NCBI GenBank assembly: GCA_040954595.2
Contig: CM082576.2
Location: 5,244,760-5,308,759 of the forward strand
DNA: 64,000 nucleotides
Source: Balanoglossus misakiensis
Taxonomy: Eukaryota > Animalia > Hemichordata
Direction: 5' to 3'
A model generated the notes under the pieces. The model was not told the DNA's origin. It did not search any database and worked only from the letters and a program-made list of their open reading frames with translations. Made by a program: the position numbers and the translations under genes. Below are positions 47,001 to 60,339 of this stretch, piece after piece (the first letter of the stretch is position 1; every line of letters starts with the position of its first letter).

Positions 47001-50000
47001 TTTGCCGCGCCGCCTTATCGGTCGACAGCTATCAACGAGGGAGATGCGGAGATACTATTGACCAACAATTGTTATCACGCGGCCTACAGATTCGTATATC
47101 AGAGTTATACGTGCGGCGTATACACTTTGTGGGTCGTCTGCGACACTATCACAAACACAGAAAAGTAATTACGAATTCACAATGGGTTGCTGGCCATACG
47201 TGGCACGTCATCCATTAGTTAATGGATGACACATCACGCCGCGATAGCCCGTATGCCCGAGAGATGAGGTTTTTTCTCATTACCCCTCTTTGTTCTCGAT
47301 CATGTGAATACGGTGTCAGTTTTCCAAGCAGGGGATACGGAGGCGTAGAGCACAGCCTGACTCAACAAAGGGACACCCCTATGGGAGGAAGCAGGCATTG
47401 CCAACTGTTTTCTTTTCACTCAATGACAAGAATAACACTATATATTGTCGGATTGTATAATTTATATCCGTAGATCACGAATTGGGGATTATTATGCAGC
47501 ACATGGAAGTGAGTATACCGCTGTGCCTGGTTGGAAAATATGTATATATATATATCATGTAACCGTTTTATTCACATCTGAGATTCACTGATCCAAAATC
47601 AATCCTGCTAACAAAATGAAAATATAAAGGGCTCTTAACTTTGTTCGTGCAATCATCTAACATCCCAGCTGGATGGATACTTTATATGACAACTTAAAGC
47701 CTAGACACTTTGATCATTTTTTAAAATAAAATTAACCCAATTATATTATACAAATGTTCCTATGCTAAAAGATATTGTCAAGTTCATACCCCCACACTCA
47801 ACTGATATGCAGGAAAAAGTTGAGATTGGCGTCTTATTTGTTAGTATACCTACGTCAGCAACTACGGGAAGCAGTTAGGTCACTGAGCCAGGGTATAAAA
47901 CAACAAATCACACGCGGAAAAAAACTGGGGGTCGTAAATTTTGCTTGACTTATGACAAACTAAGCTCTCAAAATCTGTATGGAGTCATCTTATATCACGC
48001 TCTTCAATTTTTTCACTGTAAATGTCCGTGGAAGTGTGAATAGGCAGACATTTGCTAATACAATGAACGACGATGGATGTGTATTGCAGTGCGCCGCTTA
48101 ACAAATTAAAAATCCTTCAAGCAAGACCGAAGCATTCGTTATGTCGAGTGAACGCAATCAGGATAAATGGAGACGCAGAGACGTTATAATTCCCGCTCTT
48201 TTTTAGCTTAGACACCTATATTGTTCGTTTCTTGTCAAACCAAGTATACAGCAATTCTTAATGCTCTGAAACGTTATTGATGTATCATAGTGTATATTAG
48301 CCGTTGCTAGTGCTTCATGATAACAATTCGCCTTGATTGATGCAAGCCGTGAATGTGTCTAAAATGATACAATATTAGAGCCTACTCCAAGCTTAACGGA
48401 CGTCATCGTGTACGATTGTTTGATGATGTCTAGCTAAAAAAAGTCGTAGAACTTAAGAGTCACGGGGTAACTAATTTTTCATACAAAATATCTCGTTAGA
48501 TGGCTGGACAAACATATTTTGGCAGGATTTGATTTTATATCACGACGGGTGTTACTTTATTAATGTGTTGATACAGAGCGTTCCGTTTGATATTATATTC
48601 TTTTGCAAATCAAACTATTAGCGTTTACATGGTAGTTTCAGTGACCCTTTTACCAATTACTACTACTGAACAACGATGTCGTTATACAGTTGTGCCGTGT
48701 AAGATGTTTGCTTGCTTCTTTCGACGACCTGTTCATTGCACCAAGGAAAAAACATGATGCATGTGCGTCATCGGTGTTGTGTGTGTGTCTGGGCAGGATA
48801 GATATTACAGACATATACAATTTGTAACTCGATGGCTGCACTCAATGTACAGTTATACGTACCAAGCGACTGCTTTGCACCAATTAAAAGATTTGTTTTA
48901 TATCACACTACTTTTGTACACCAGTTGTCGAAATCAAAATTCACTATCTTGAGTTATATCTTTATCATGTCCAATTCATCCACCATCTGGCATAGATTCG
49001 TGTATGTGCCGTTACAGAGGCAGAGGATCAGAAGAAAATATTATATATATATATATTCTAACACGCGGTACTCATAAAACCAATGCTTCATATGCGTTTC
49101 GAACGATATTTCGAGTCGATAGTACCATCTCCTTTCACACTACTGACAATAGTTTTAATGGAATAAAGGTACACGTATTATTCATTTTAGTATTAAAAAT
49201 AGATCTGCTATCGTGTTGTGTGTCACTGACATATGTCAAAAGGTTGTCTGGTATCACTCAAAGAAACAATGAAAAATCATTTCAGATATTCTTGCACGTT
49301 ATGCTTCATTGTTCTGCTTTTGAATTCAGATGATTCGTTGCTCAGGACACCAAAGGTCTAATAGAGATGGAGTAGCTTGTTTGAATGCCAAAAGTACGTG
49401 TCTCCTAAACGGAAGCTCAAATTCTAAGGTCATTTCAAAACACCAACTGTGTAGTTTGACATTGCCATCTGCTCTTCATAAATGGCAGACTGATATAGCT
49501 GAATTGTTGATAGCCACACAGCTGTTGGGACATTTCAGTCAAAATAGTCCATGTACTAAATGCCGAGTGGCATAAACGACCCATAAAGAATTCTTTGAAC
49601 GCTCTAATATTCGTCATAAAACTATTCATCTTTAAAACTCACGCGAACAACCATGGCAAAACCATTATCCTTTTAACCGGCTAGAATTATTAACAACTTG
49701 AACCGAAATGGGTCGAACAATTTTCTAGCACGACAAAGGTTCACTCACAATGTAACCCCAATGTACAGCAGCAAGCACAGTGCACTTGGTTTAGGTTATT
49801 TTGCATCTCTCTCTCTCTCTCTCTCTCTCCCCCCCCCCTCTCTCTCCCCCCACTCTCTGTCGGCCAGTCACTTTCTCCTTTTATCCTATTACGCTTAAGA
49901 CACGACGTCTTCGGGTTTCTTTTTCATCCATTAGGACCTAGATCTTGAGACGACGCTGACACGAAATACACATCAGTGACGTGTGTGACGTAAAACGTTT

Positions 50001-52777
50001 TTCCAATCACTTTGAGAATGGCGTGCACCAACGCAACCTGGTCAATTGTCGCCCCTACAGACCTATTAAGATTATGTTTATCTTCTGAGCACGACATCAC
50101 ATCCAACGGGAAATCCGCGAAACTTTCACCCAGTGAAATGTCATCTGCCAAATCCTATACACAGAGTTATTTAGCAAGAAAGTCATTTTTCGTAACCCTA
50201 ATACAATGTAAGTGTTGTGTGTTAACTCGGCTGAATGTACATGTACTTGACTGGCGGTATGCTAATGAAGAAAGCTTTAACTTAAACGCCGAGATTAATG
50301 AAGCTAATGGACTTGTGACCGTCTGTAAATTTCACTTAAATAATCACTCTTTTCTATCTTTCCCCCCCCCCCGCTTGACAGCACAAACAATATCATAGAA
50401 CATCCACCCGCATACCACTCATTCATCTGCATAGTCATCTATACACACACGTACATAACCGGCCTCAATCACTCACTCACCACAAATCCCTAAGAATTTG
50501 AGGTCTTGTCAGGTTAAATTTTTGATCCCTCTATGGTTGCATTACCGCACACAGCTGTTTTTACCCCTTTTCAGAAAGGTGACGAAATGTCACCGCGTCC
50601 TGCTATTGCAGTGACAATCTGTGTTACTCGCCGCTTATCAATCAACACTGGAAAATAAAAACAGGTACGAAGCACGAACCTTATGCCCTTCAGGAGGCAT
50701 CGCGTGTCGTTAGTTAGCATGCTGGCTCATCCGAAAGGTTTTGAGCAAATCTGCAGTGTGCATGCATCTCTACGCGTTTTGTTAATCAGAAGCAGCGCAA
50801 GATTCCCTTGGACTATTATCGACCGTACCAAAAACGAACTCTTATGACGGGCTTAGACACGGACTAACTTTCATGGCAACTATTCCTATGTGGTACTTTA
50901 TTGGGAGAAAGTTTCAAATCCACTGTTTTAAATTCTAATAAAGCACTATTACTTTTGCTGTGCGGTTTGCACCTCGATGAGTTTTGAAATCCACGCATGT
51001 TTGCCGAGCGAAAGCAGTATTTGTGTTTAATAAACTTTAAAGCAACTCGTTTCCCGCCAGTCCGGATATTGTGTCGACATCTCGTTAAGTTGATATTGTG
51101 AACTTTAAATGTGCAGCTTACCCAAGGCCGAGTTTGACTTTGTCAGATGAAAAACCGATATGAGACATACATACAATTTTAAACGTTACACTGGGTTTTG
51201 CAATGAGCCGCTAGAATACACTATTAACTGGTCTTTCGGCGTCAAGGTAGTCGAGGTATACGTATAAACTTACAATTTAGCAAATGGTAGGGTTTTCCTT
51301 TCTGCTATGAAGAAATATTGCAGTAACAACAGCACTCTATACCCACAAACCGTTCCGCGTCGATTATCGATATTAAATATACAGGCTATTTGGAATTATA
51401 GTTTTGTGCTAAGGAGCATGTCCCGAGCGGCCATTCACACCGGGATTGCAACGGCGAATCGCAAACTCTCTGAAAAGACAACATTATCAGAGATTTGCCA
51501 ACAGCAGGTGATTCTGTTTGTCAGTGCACTGCCGGGGGCATTTCCGCGCTAACAGATTTCCATCTGTAAATTGTTGCATGCACTTGTGGTGATTGATTTC
51601 CCCGACGCAAAGACGCTCCCCCCACGTAAAGCCGATCATTATCCTGAACGAACCAGATTCAGTGTTTGCACAAGTCGCTTTATATTGGCTTTGGTGCAGT
51701 CCATCAATTTTATCTGTAGTGATTGGATAAGTGCATATCAAATAAATTGTGCGCGACCGTCGTGGACCTATCAGAGCTATAAACTGCGATTTCGAGTGAC
51801 GTTCCCGTATGGGAAGCCTCAGCTGACTGAAGTCTAAATCTCGTCAAATTTTGTCAAATACAACCAGAAAAGACAAAAAAATGTGGATGGGGTGGGGGTG
51901 GGGGTGGCGCGGTATCGTTGTTACTACTACTACTAACTGTCCGAAGACGGCTTTTATCATGATTTGCTAGTTCATTCTCGCTTTTTTTTGATATCTTCCA
52001 GGATGTTTGATACCCACCCAGAGACGAGACGCTACTTCAATTTTGGTGACGACGACATCGACTCATCGCATTCAAACAATATTCAGAAAATTAGAGAACA
52101 CGGACTGCGCTTTATGAGTGTGGTTAAAAAATTACTCTGTTACATGGATAATAAGGAACGATTTGATAATCTTCTGCTGGATCTTGGTAGGCAGCACCAC
52201 TGTTACCAGGCCAACGCAGAATTAGTTCCAGTAAGTATAAATCTCTTGCTGATGCTTAAAGGGACAAAGTCTCTCTCTCGCTGCCCTTTTCCCATTTATT
52301 ATGTTTGATACAAGACACAGTTTATGTTATTCTTCATACATAGCTAATCAACGTTCGACCACACACAAATTCCATCCCAATTGTAGGATATGAGAGTAGG
52401 TTCATGGGTAGCAAAAAGCTATCTTAGCTGAATCGCCTCTCTCTATTTAACCATGGTTGCTACGTACAGACCAAACCAGACCAGACCAAACCAGATTATT
52501 CCTACAATCTAATGACGTTAAACAACACACACTCCAAGTACATGCCAAACCTTTTTCATATAGAGAATACGACATCATAACGAATTTCCCCATGTCTCAT
52601 TATTCGCAGATGTTTGGAGAATGCTTCGTGCAGACGATCAGACCAACGCTTAAACACAGCTGGAATCCGAAGGTGGAGGAAGCCTGGAGTCAGCTGTTCA
52701 AGTACATATCATACATGATGAAACAAGGGATGGCGAAGGAAGGAAAGAAAAAGAAAGAATCGAAGCACGAGTCATAA
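44008..52777 (+). CDS. Single-domain globin, 176 aa, N-terminal Met-Gly-Cys (globin X-like/neuroglobin-like)
   Basis: Exons 44008-44141 (MGCESSRVDGEKPQKLTAEQKQLVADSWKELHIDLERIGMLMFMG), 52002-52230 and 52610-52777 total 531 nt in frame. Globin residues present: A-helix SW, C2 Pro (HPET), CD1 Phe, distal His (REHG), proximal His (LGRQH), H-helix AW. A phase-2 and a phase-0 intron sit at the canonical B12.2 and G7.0 positions. Confidence 0.93.
49806..49852. repeat. (CT)n / poly-C simple repeat in globin intron 1
   Basis: Read directly. Confidence 0.85.
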
Positions 52778-55700
52778 TGCAACGCGGCATCCGCCGGAAG
52801 TTCACATTTGCAATGAAAATTCTGTCGCCTTTCTATGTATGCAAAGTGGAAGCGGACGAGGAAATTAATTCGACAATTGGACAGTTCCACTGAAATCCGT
52901 TATCGTAAACATCGTCATTTCTAATCTGAATACCATGAATTTTAAGTCATATTTTACACTACGAAGTAACCAGAGTGCCTGATGGTATTGTGACTCTTTA
53001 AGTGTTCGGGTGACTGTTTTCTGGAGAGTTCAGCAGAACCATCACGTGACATCAACTTTCCAGGACTTATTTCTTCAACGGGTATCTGTATTTACAGCAT
53101 GCGTCATTTCATACATATTTATAATGATTATATCTTGTGATAATTCCAGTATAGATATGCAGAACTTAAAATTATGCGCATATTAATTAAAAACCACATA
53201 ACGATTTGTCTGATGTTACGTTATAAGACAGCATGGGGCTACAGCAAGGTATTTGCTGCTCCATTGGTGTTATTTTATTTATAGGACCAACAAGCGAAAT
53301 TCGCTGATTTAAAGCTGTATTTTAGATCAACAGTCCACAATTGATTTTGTGCCAATCTGATCACATGTTGGGATATATGACGTCAATGTCTGTTTTGTCA
53401 AGACGGTTGGTGAATTTTATGAAGAATTCGAATTTAATTATTTGGCAGCGTGTATAAGCTTTTACCTTTGAAATGTGCAATGATGCAAGTATAGATCCGA
53501 TGTAAATTTCGAAAAAAAAATAACCTCATTCCACACGTTAATGCATGAAGAGTAACACGTACAAAACTATGCAAATTTTCGATACTGTAGGGAAAAAAAT
53601 GTCGATGCATATAAGCAAAGCAGAAATGCCACCCAGTGAGACAATTACAACTCACGACTGTGGCACCACAAAACCAGTTTTTAGGGTCTGCTAGGGGCAT
53701 AATTCAGACTGATAGTAAAGTTAAAGACTTGCCACAATCGTGTGACCTTTGGCCTCAGCAAACATAAACGATAAGTGTAAGTATTGGTTTCTGTTTCATA
53801 GTTGGATTGGTTATCATGTGAGTCACCAATATAATTGTTTTTTGAAAAAATAAGCTTATTCTACCTAACATAATCTACTATATGGTAAGTGCGGAATAAT
53901 TACATATGCGTATGAGAATTGGGTAATTCACACAGAATCGTTTACATTTGTGCCATATTCGTAATGATACAATGATCACGTGTCAAATCAGGATCCTATC
54001 TGATTGTTTAGATATTCAGAAACGTCTAGCAGCTTTTCTAATGTTTTGATGTACACTGATACTTATCCATAGAACATATAGTTTAAATGAATTTTGTATT
54101 TGTCTAATTTCCATTCCATTGGTTCGTATTTACACAAATTCAAGAGGTTAAGTTTGTGTACTCTATTTCAGTATGTATCAATAATTCCATTTATTCACAG
54201 ATCATATTTTGCGCTTGTATTAAATACTGTACTATATTTACAAGCACCATCATCTCTGACTTGATTTTACGAATATTTTGAATAAACCTCAAACAAAATC
54301 AATTCAGTCGATGACTGCTTTCGTAGATGACAATGGAAATTATTGCACGCTGCCCAACATTTTTATGTACCAGTATCGGCAAGATGATTGACCTGTGAAT
54401 GAACTTGCCGCAAAACAATATATGTCAATCTTGGGGTTGAGTTTCTTCATAGAAACGAGTGGCAATATCAGTACTACATTCCCTACAGAATCCGTTGTGG
54501 CTAATTAGTAAGGAAATCTTAAACGACGCTATCTTCAATGAAAAGTTAGATGAGGATAACGATACTACATCCGGATATCTTTCATGTTCTTGCTCGACTA
54601 TAATTTAAATGGGTCCCTTTAAACCACTGGAGATAAAGGTTTTATTTACACCATCAACATTGGAACATTACTTCATGTGCCAGTAAGTTCCTCGGGTGAC
54701 GTTTCCTGCTTTATGATTCTGCGTCACGTTTCTCCTCCTGGACCAGAGACAGGACTTTTCCATCATCAGCTCTTGTATGCAACATCGAAGACAGCGAAAA
54801 TAAGGGGCATGTCTTTATAGGGGAGTGCTCACAAGAGTATGAAAAGCAAGGTAGAAAATCGACAAGGGTAGGTACAATCATCTGCTTATTTTCTGAACCT
54901 TTGCATTTAGGCTTTATCGTTTTGTAAAAGGGCCACCAAAATGAAATCGACAATGGTACGCAGATCTTCCAACTGCAAGTTCAAGGTGAAGGGCATGATT
55001 TATATTTGATAGCTCACGTGCACGTTTTACGCACGTACATGTATGACCACCGGGTCTGTTTATCTACCTTTTCGACGTCGTCAATGTTATGGGCGCGTCA
55101 AGTATGAAATACGTTCCACGACCTCGGTGTAGTTCAATAGGTCAGCGCCGGAGTCCATAGAAACGACTCGTTTATAGTCCACTGTACGTCATGTTTCATC
55201 GGTGCCCGTAGCGATGAAACGCGGTTGTATACACTGTGACTGTTATAGATGGCTACAGTATAGGATGGGAAGGTACACGCGTAAAAGCGAAAACGTCGTA
55301 TACTATAGTATACCAAAACCCGACGCCATCAGAAAGTTATGGGCTTACAAAGTTGAAGCTAAAAATCAAACTACGCGAAAATACAGATCCCACATTTCCC
55401 ACGGGCATGGCGGCAAATATATTTTGTTTTCCGACATGTAAATGTACATACACACGGCCATGTACACACTGATGCAGTCATCAGAGTTATACATCATTCA
55501 TTTTCCTGCAGATGAGTTAATGCATTGAACATATTATAGGATGTACTGGGAATTCAAGTCATATACAATTTACAATGTGTATACAGTCTGGTGAAATATT
55601 CAAAGTGTAGAGATCCCCTTGAAGGTAATGATGCCTTAAAGGTTACGACTAAAAAGCCACCAAGTGGAAAATATAGGGCCCTGGTTTCGGCAGAGCTGGG

Positions 55701-58700
55701 GAGCCAAGTGTGACCCGACTTTGAATGTTACCCATTTTCCGATCCGACAGGCAGCAATGCGAGTCGTTCGATGCGGCCTTCCCATCCCTTTGTTCAATTG
55801 TGCGAATCTCATGCCGTGGCTTACTATATATCCGTTTGATGCCTCGGGGATCTGTGGACATGCCCGTCACCAGCTTTGTATAAATATGTAATCATTTACG
55901 TTTAATACTACACCATTTCACCTTTGTTTTAGAAACGCGTCCTGATGTCTGACAAACAGCATGACTTTGAATCATATTTCCTTTCGAATTATTGGCAAAT
56001 TGCAAGTGTTCCAGGTACGAAGAATTGACCAGATGCAATATTTCTTCGGGTCAGCGGGTGAGAAAGCGATTATACAGGGGCCCCTGCGTCTCAAGTCTTT
56101 CTCCCCACTGAAGAATGACAAATTGGGCGGTGAAAATGTTTCCATACACATGCATCAACTATAATAAATAGTGATTAAATGTCTCACTGCGAGAGTGTTG
56201 ATTGCCAGACGTCAATTCATCAGGTGCAAGAGCGTGGAGGAATCTGACTGAGGCTTTATACTACGTGACCGTACCGATGGTGTTCATGGTAATAAATAAA
56301 TAAAACCAATGTTATTCACCTAGGATGTTTATAACTAATGTGTGCACCGCGTTCAATGATGTACATGGGAATTGCAGGTGTCTCTTAGCAGTGCTTAATC
56401 ATATGCTCGTGTGTGTAACTAACTACTTGCATATGCCTATAGGCCCGGTTGGTAAAATTACACGGCAGCAGCAGTGTAGTGTGCAGTAAACAACCAAAAT
56501 TGTCGCTGTAATAGCAGTCACGAAGAATACTCCAATGTTACTGTACTTGACGCAGCCATTTAGGGGGTTATTTAAAACTGTTTATAAGTATTTCTGGCTA
56601 AGAGCGTGCAATGCTTGTGCGTATAAAGTATGACACTTTCATCAATAAGGGCGAAGAACTTAAAACATGCGTAGATCTAATTTGGCAGGAAACCATCGCC
56701 GCTAATTTACGATTTTTATGACACGGCTGTTTTTGATGAAAGCTGAAAACCTTTCAATACAGCAATTTCAGCATGGGCGTCTTAAAGACGCACTGCAATA
56801 TAACTAATTAACATTTTACGAAATCGTGACACATCTGTAAGATGTTATTGGGAATCGATTTAAGAGAACGGGGATAGCGATGAACTTCCGGTCATGCTTC
56901 TCGTCTTCTGAGAAAAAAAACCCACCGTAAATGTTAATATACTTCTCGGTCAAGTTCAGAGTGAGCTAATTACAGAAATTTGACAAAAATTCTAGTTTGT
57001 GGTGACGTGTGCTCTCAAGAGGTTGTTACCATAGCACTGCTTATAGTTGCTCTGGCTTACGCACAATCGAAACCACGCACACCATTCTGTTTATACATTA
57101 ACCCGCATGTTCAATTTCAATGCTGCTGTAACGATAGTGACAAGTCCCAGCTCTGAAAGGCTAATGGAAACAGCCTAAATTCCCAAGGGCTCTCTCCCTC
57201 TTACAGATAATCGATTTTAATGACACTTTGAAGGGTTTCCCATTGCCAAAAAGAGATTGTACTTAAATATGTTTCGTTTCAATCGCCTGCCATTACAAGT
57301 ATCGAAATTAATAGCGCAGAAATCCAAGAAAAACGACAAAAATCAATACTCTATTATTAATCGAAACTGCAGTGTTCACATTGTCCATTCGCAATGGAAA
57401 TGAAGGACGTCAATACCTGACTGAGACTTAGTCGTAATTTTAGAATTTGTGAAACGAATGACTAAAGTTCGTGTTCAAGACATTATGATTTTGAGTGGTG
57501 GATTTTCTGTGATTGGCAAGCACGTTATATTGTGCAGAAGCTGCAATACTAAGCCTTTCATATGAAAATATTTCAATGCATAAAATTCATTATCATAAAC
57601 CGACTTGACTGGTGTTTATTTTGTGTCCCATGCGAAGAAAACGGGCGTTTGATTGGCACGGATTGATTTTTTAATTATTAGATGCGTCTGTTCAGGCTGC
57701 AGGATGCAGGCAACGCTGACTATGCTAATCCGAGAACTTCCGGAACAAAGATAGCCTACACAAAAAATATAGGTTGCTCGTGAAATTTGCCTTTTGTTGT
57801 CACGTTGCCAATAGCGTTTTTCACTCATATGACAGGATCCAATACAGGCGAAAACTGGCTAACATACAACACTTCATTGGTCCGATCTCAGGGACTAGAA
57901 CATTCATTTAGCTTTTGTACATCTTCTTTCAGAATGGGTTCAATCTGATGCCACCAGAGAAAACTTTTTGTAAAACTACAAAGGGTCGCTTCAAAGGGTA
58001 ATTAATTGAGCTTAGTTAATGTATGCATAATTAATATCACTGACCTTTCAGGTGTGTCCCTCTGGAACCACCCTAAATGTAGTTTATAATCTTTTTGCGG
58101 GTTGATGGGACTAATTATGAAAGTGGTGACGTGCCCTTCGAAGCGTGGGACGACGGACGTGTTTCCCAAGTGTAGACGTGGTTGCCAGGCGACGATTCCA
58201 CTCTTCATCGCACACAAAAAACGACAAGAAAATGTGCCTTGGCGCTTGCACTGAAATCAAACAAACGAAACCGGAAACGTGAACTTCGAAAAAATCAGTG
58301 ATATTGGTGTCGTGTACTCGAATAACTTACACGTATCTAGGGCAGCCAGCATCGGCAACGTATACGATGTAAATATTTAAACATAGACGACGCTGGGGAA
58401 TTAGATCAATTTCAGAAATATATTAGCTTTCCTCACTAATTGTATTATATGTAAATGGCCATAGGTTCTCGCTGGTGGTTCGATGTTCATTCGGCATTCA
58501 ACTGGGAAAAAGTGAATGGGCCCCGGTACTGTACAAACGAAGCTTCGTGCGGCGAGAACGAACAGGCGAATTATCTGGTGTATCGTTCCAATCTCTACAA
58601 AACGCTTTCATACTGCTTCAAGTCCAAGGTCACACTTATAAAACAGTTTGGGTCACGTTGGCAATTTAGCAAGTACGTCGAGGAGTCGATATCAACGCAA

Positions 58701-59915
58701 ATCAATAATATAACTGTATCTTAGTCGTTGGTATTGTTGAATAATTACGAATCTTTTTAGTTGATAAATTTAGTTGTGAATGTAATGACATATTTATTCA
58801 TACAATGAGTCTTTCTTTCTTTCTTTCTTTCTTTCTTCAATAGTTAATACATACTCATGTCCTCTCAGTAATACAGTGACAATGTAGCGTTTATAAATAC
58901 GACAGAGTAAAATGCTGAACTAATATAATTACTGTTTTTGTGATATCAGGTGTAGTGCATGGTCAATTTTATATTTTAAGCGAGTGAGAGGCAGTGCATG
59001 AGAGACAGGGAGAATACAGGTTCATTTTCGCTTCGTTCTTTTAAAATGTCATTATTCCTGCGCAACACGTGCAATTCAAATTTGATTAAAACACGAGTAT
59101 TTGTCGCAGCAATCTGTCATATAACCTTCAATTACTACGCATTTTTTGGTTGAATTATTAGGTACTTCGACTTGATAGATAGTTGTTTACACGAAACAAC
59201 TGCAGTGTCGCTGTTCTTCAATTGCATACCCCAGGTGGTCAAGTGACCAAGTAATCAGAAACATCGTTCGTATATCCCGGCGACAACGGCAACCAGATAG
59301 TAATCTGTTTAAGAAGTGTTTAATACAAAATAGAACATCAAGCACATATACATCTGTTGCCCCCCCCCCCCCATATAGTATAGATTTAAGTTTATATTCG
59401 CAGTTTAAAGCTCCAGTAACTCCAACTTTGAGATATTTTCTATGTTTGTTTCAACTGTGGTGTCTTGTTATACTCTGTAAAACATAAAGGATTGCTAAGT
59501 TTAAGTTGTTCCACACAGCCCTTTGTTTAGAAATCAGTATTTTTCTTGTTGAAAATTGACTCATTCCGGACTTGAATTCATTTGTCAAAAATAACAATGG
59601 CCGTTGATCATATACAGGCTTTGTTGAAAAGCTTAAAGGTGAATATATCATGGAGCCATCCATAGTAGAACAAGAAACAGGAGTTGATACGTGGAGAAAA
59701 GAAAAGTTTCTACTTATTCTGGACCCCTTTGTAAATTTATTATGTCAAAATGAGAGTTTGTCTGAATTAGACAATTGTCCATCAGTGTCGAGCAGGTAAA
59801 CATATTTGCAACATAATTGAACACGTTATGGGCCCTGAGATGCAATGCGGAAGTCATTAAAGATGAACGTACCAATTGCTCACTTTTATTGTAATTCAGC
59901 CGTGGCACGAGTGAG

Positions 59916-59926
59916 AGTCACGTGAC
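59916..59926. promoter_or_regulatory. Palindromic GTCACGTGAC E-box ~290 bp upstream of globin 2 ATG
   Basis: Positionally matched to 43704-43712; function inferred. Confidence 0.3.
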
Positions 59927-60205
59927 ACAACGGCCCCGAAGGCCGCTACGGTAATTGGACTCAACTGATATACCGCATTTAGCTTGAATTGTGGCTCGTT
60001 TTTTCCCTCCTTTATCATGTTAAATCAACGCCACGCCGACGGCTTCCGCCACCAAACGGTCACGGAAACAGCAGCTCTGGAAGCGACGCAAGATAAATTC
60101 TGAAGCGGATGAAGAACACGTCTGGAAATACGTCAAAGAATCAGACAGATTGAAATCCTACTGCAGGTATCCTGCATCTCACTACTACGGGAGAAAAAAA
60201 CAACG

Positions 60206-60339
60206 ATGGGCTGCAGCGCTTCTGCCGACAAGGAGACGGAGGATTCGCCACTGACGAACGAGCACCGACAACTGATTGCGGAGTCGTGGAAGGAGCTCCA
60301 CGTTGATCTGGAGAGGATAGGCATGCTTCTGTTCATGGG
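60206..60339 (+). CDS. Exon 1 of a second Met-Gly-Cys globin (3'-partial; remainder presumably beyond the window)
   Basis: MGCSASADKETEDSPLTNEHRQLIAESWKELHVDLERIGMLLFMG followed by gtaagt. Same 134-nt length and phase as globin 1 exon 1, with a nearly identical A/B helix sequence. Missed by the ORF track. Confidence 0.9.

Noticed and set aside
44142-52001. Short ORFs in globin 1 intron 1 as nested genes
   Set aside because: No recognisable domains or coherent exon chain were found.
54700-56170. GC-richer patches and short ORFs between the globins as a gene or retroelement
   Set aside because: No motif could be identified by eye; these may be old repeats and need a database search.
60133-60336. 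Minus-strand 67-aa ORF
   Set aside because: It is the antisense shadow of globin 2 exon 1.
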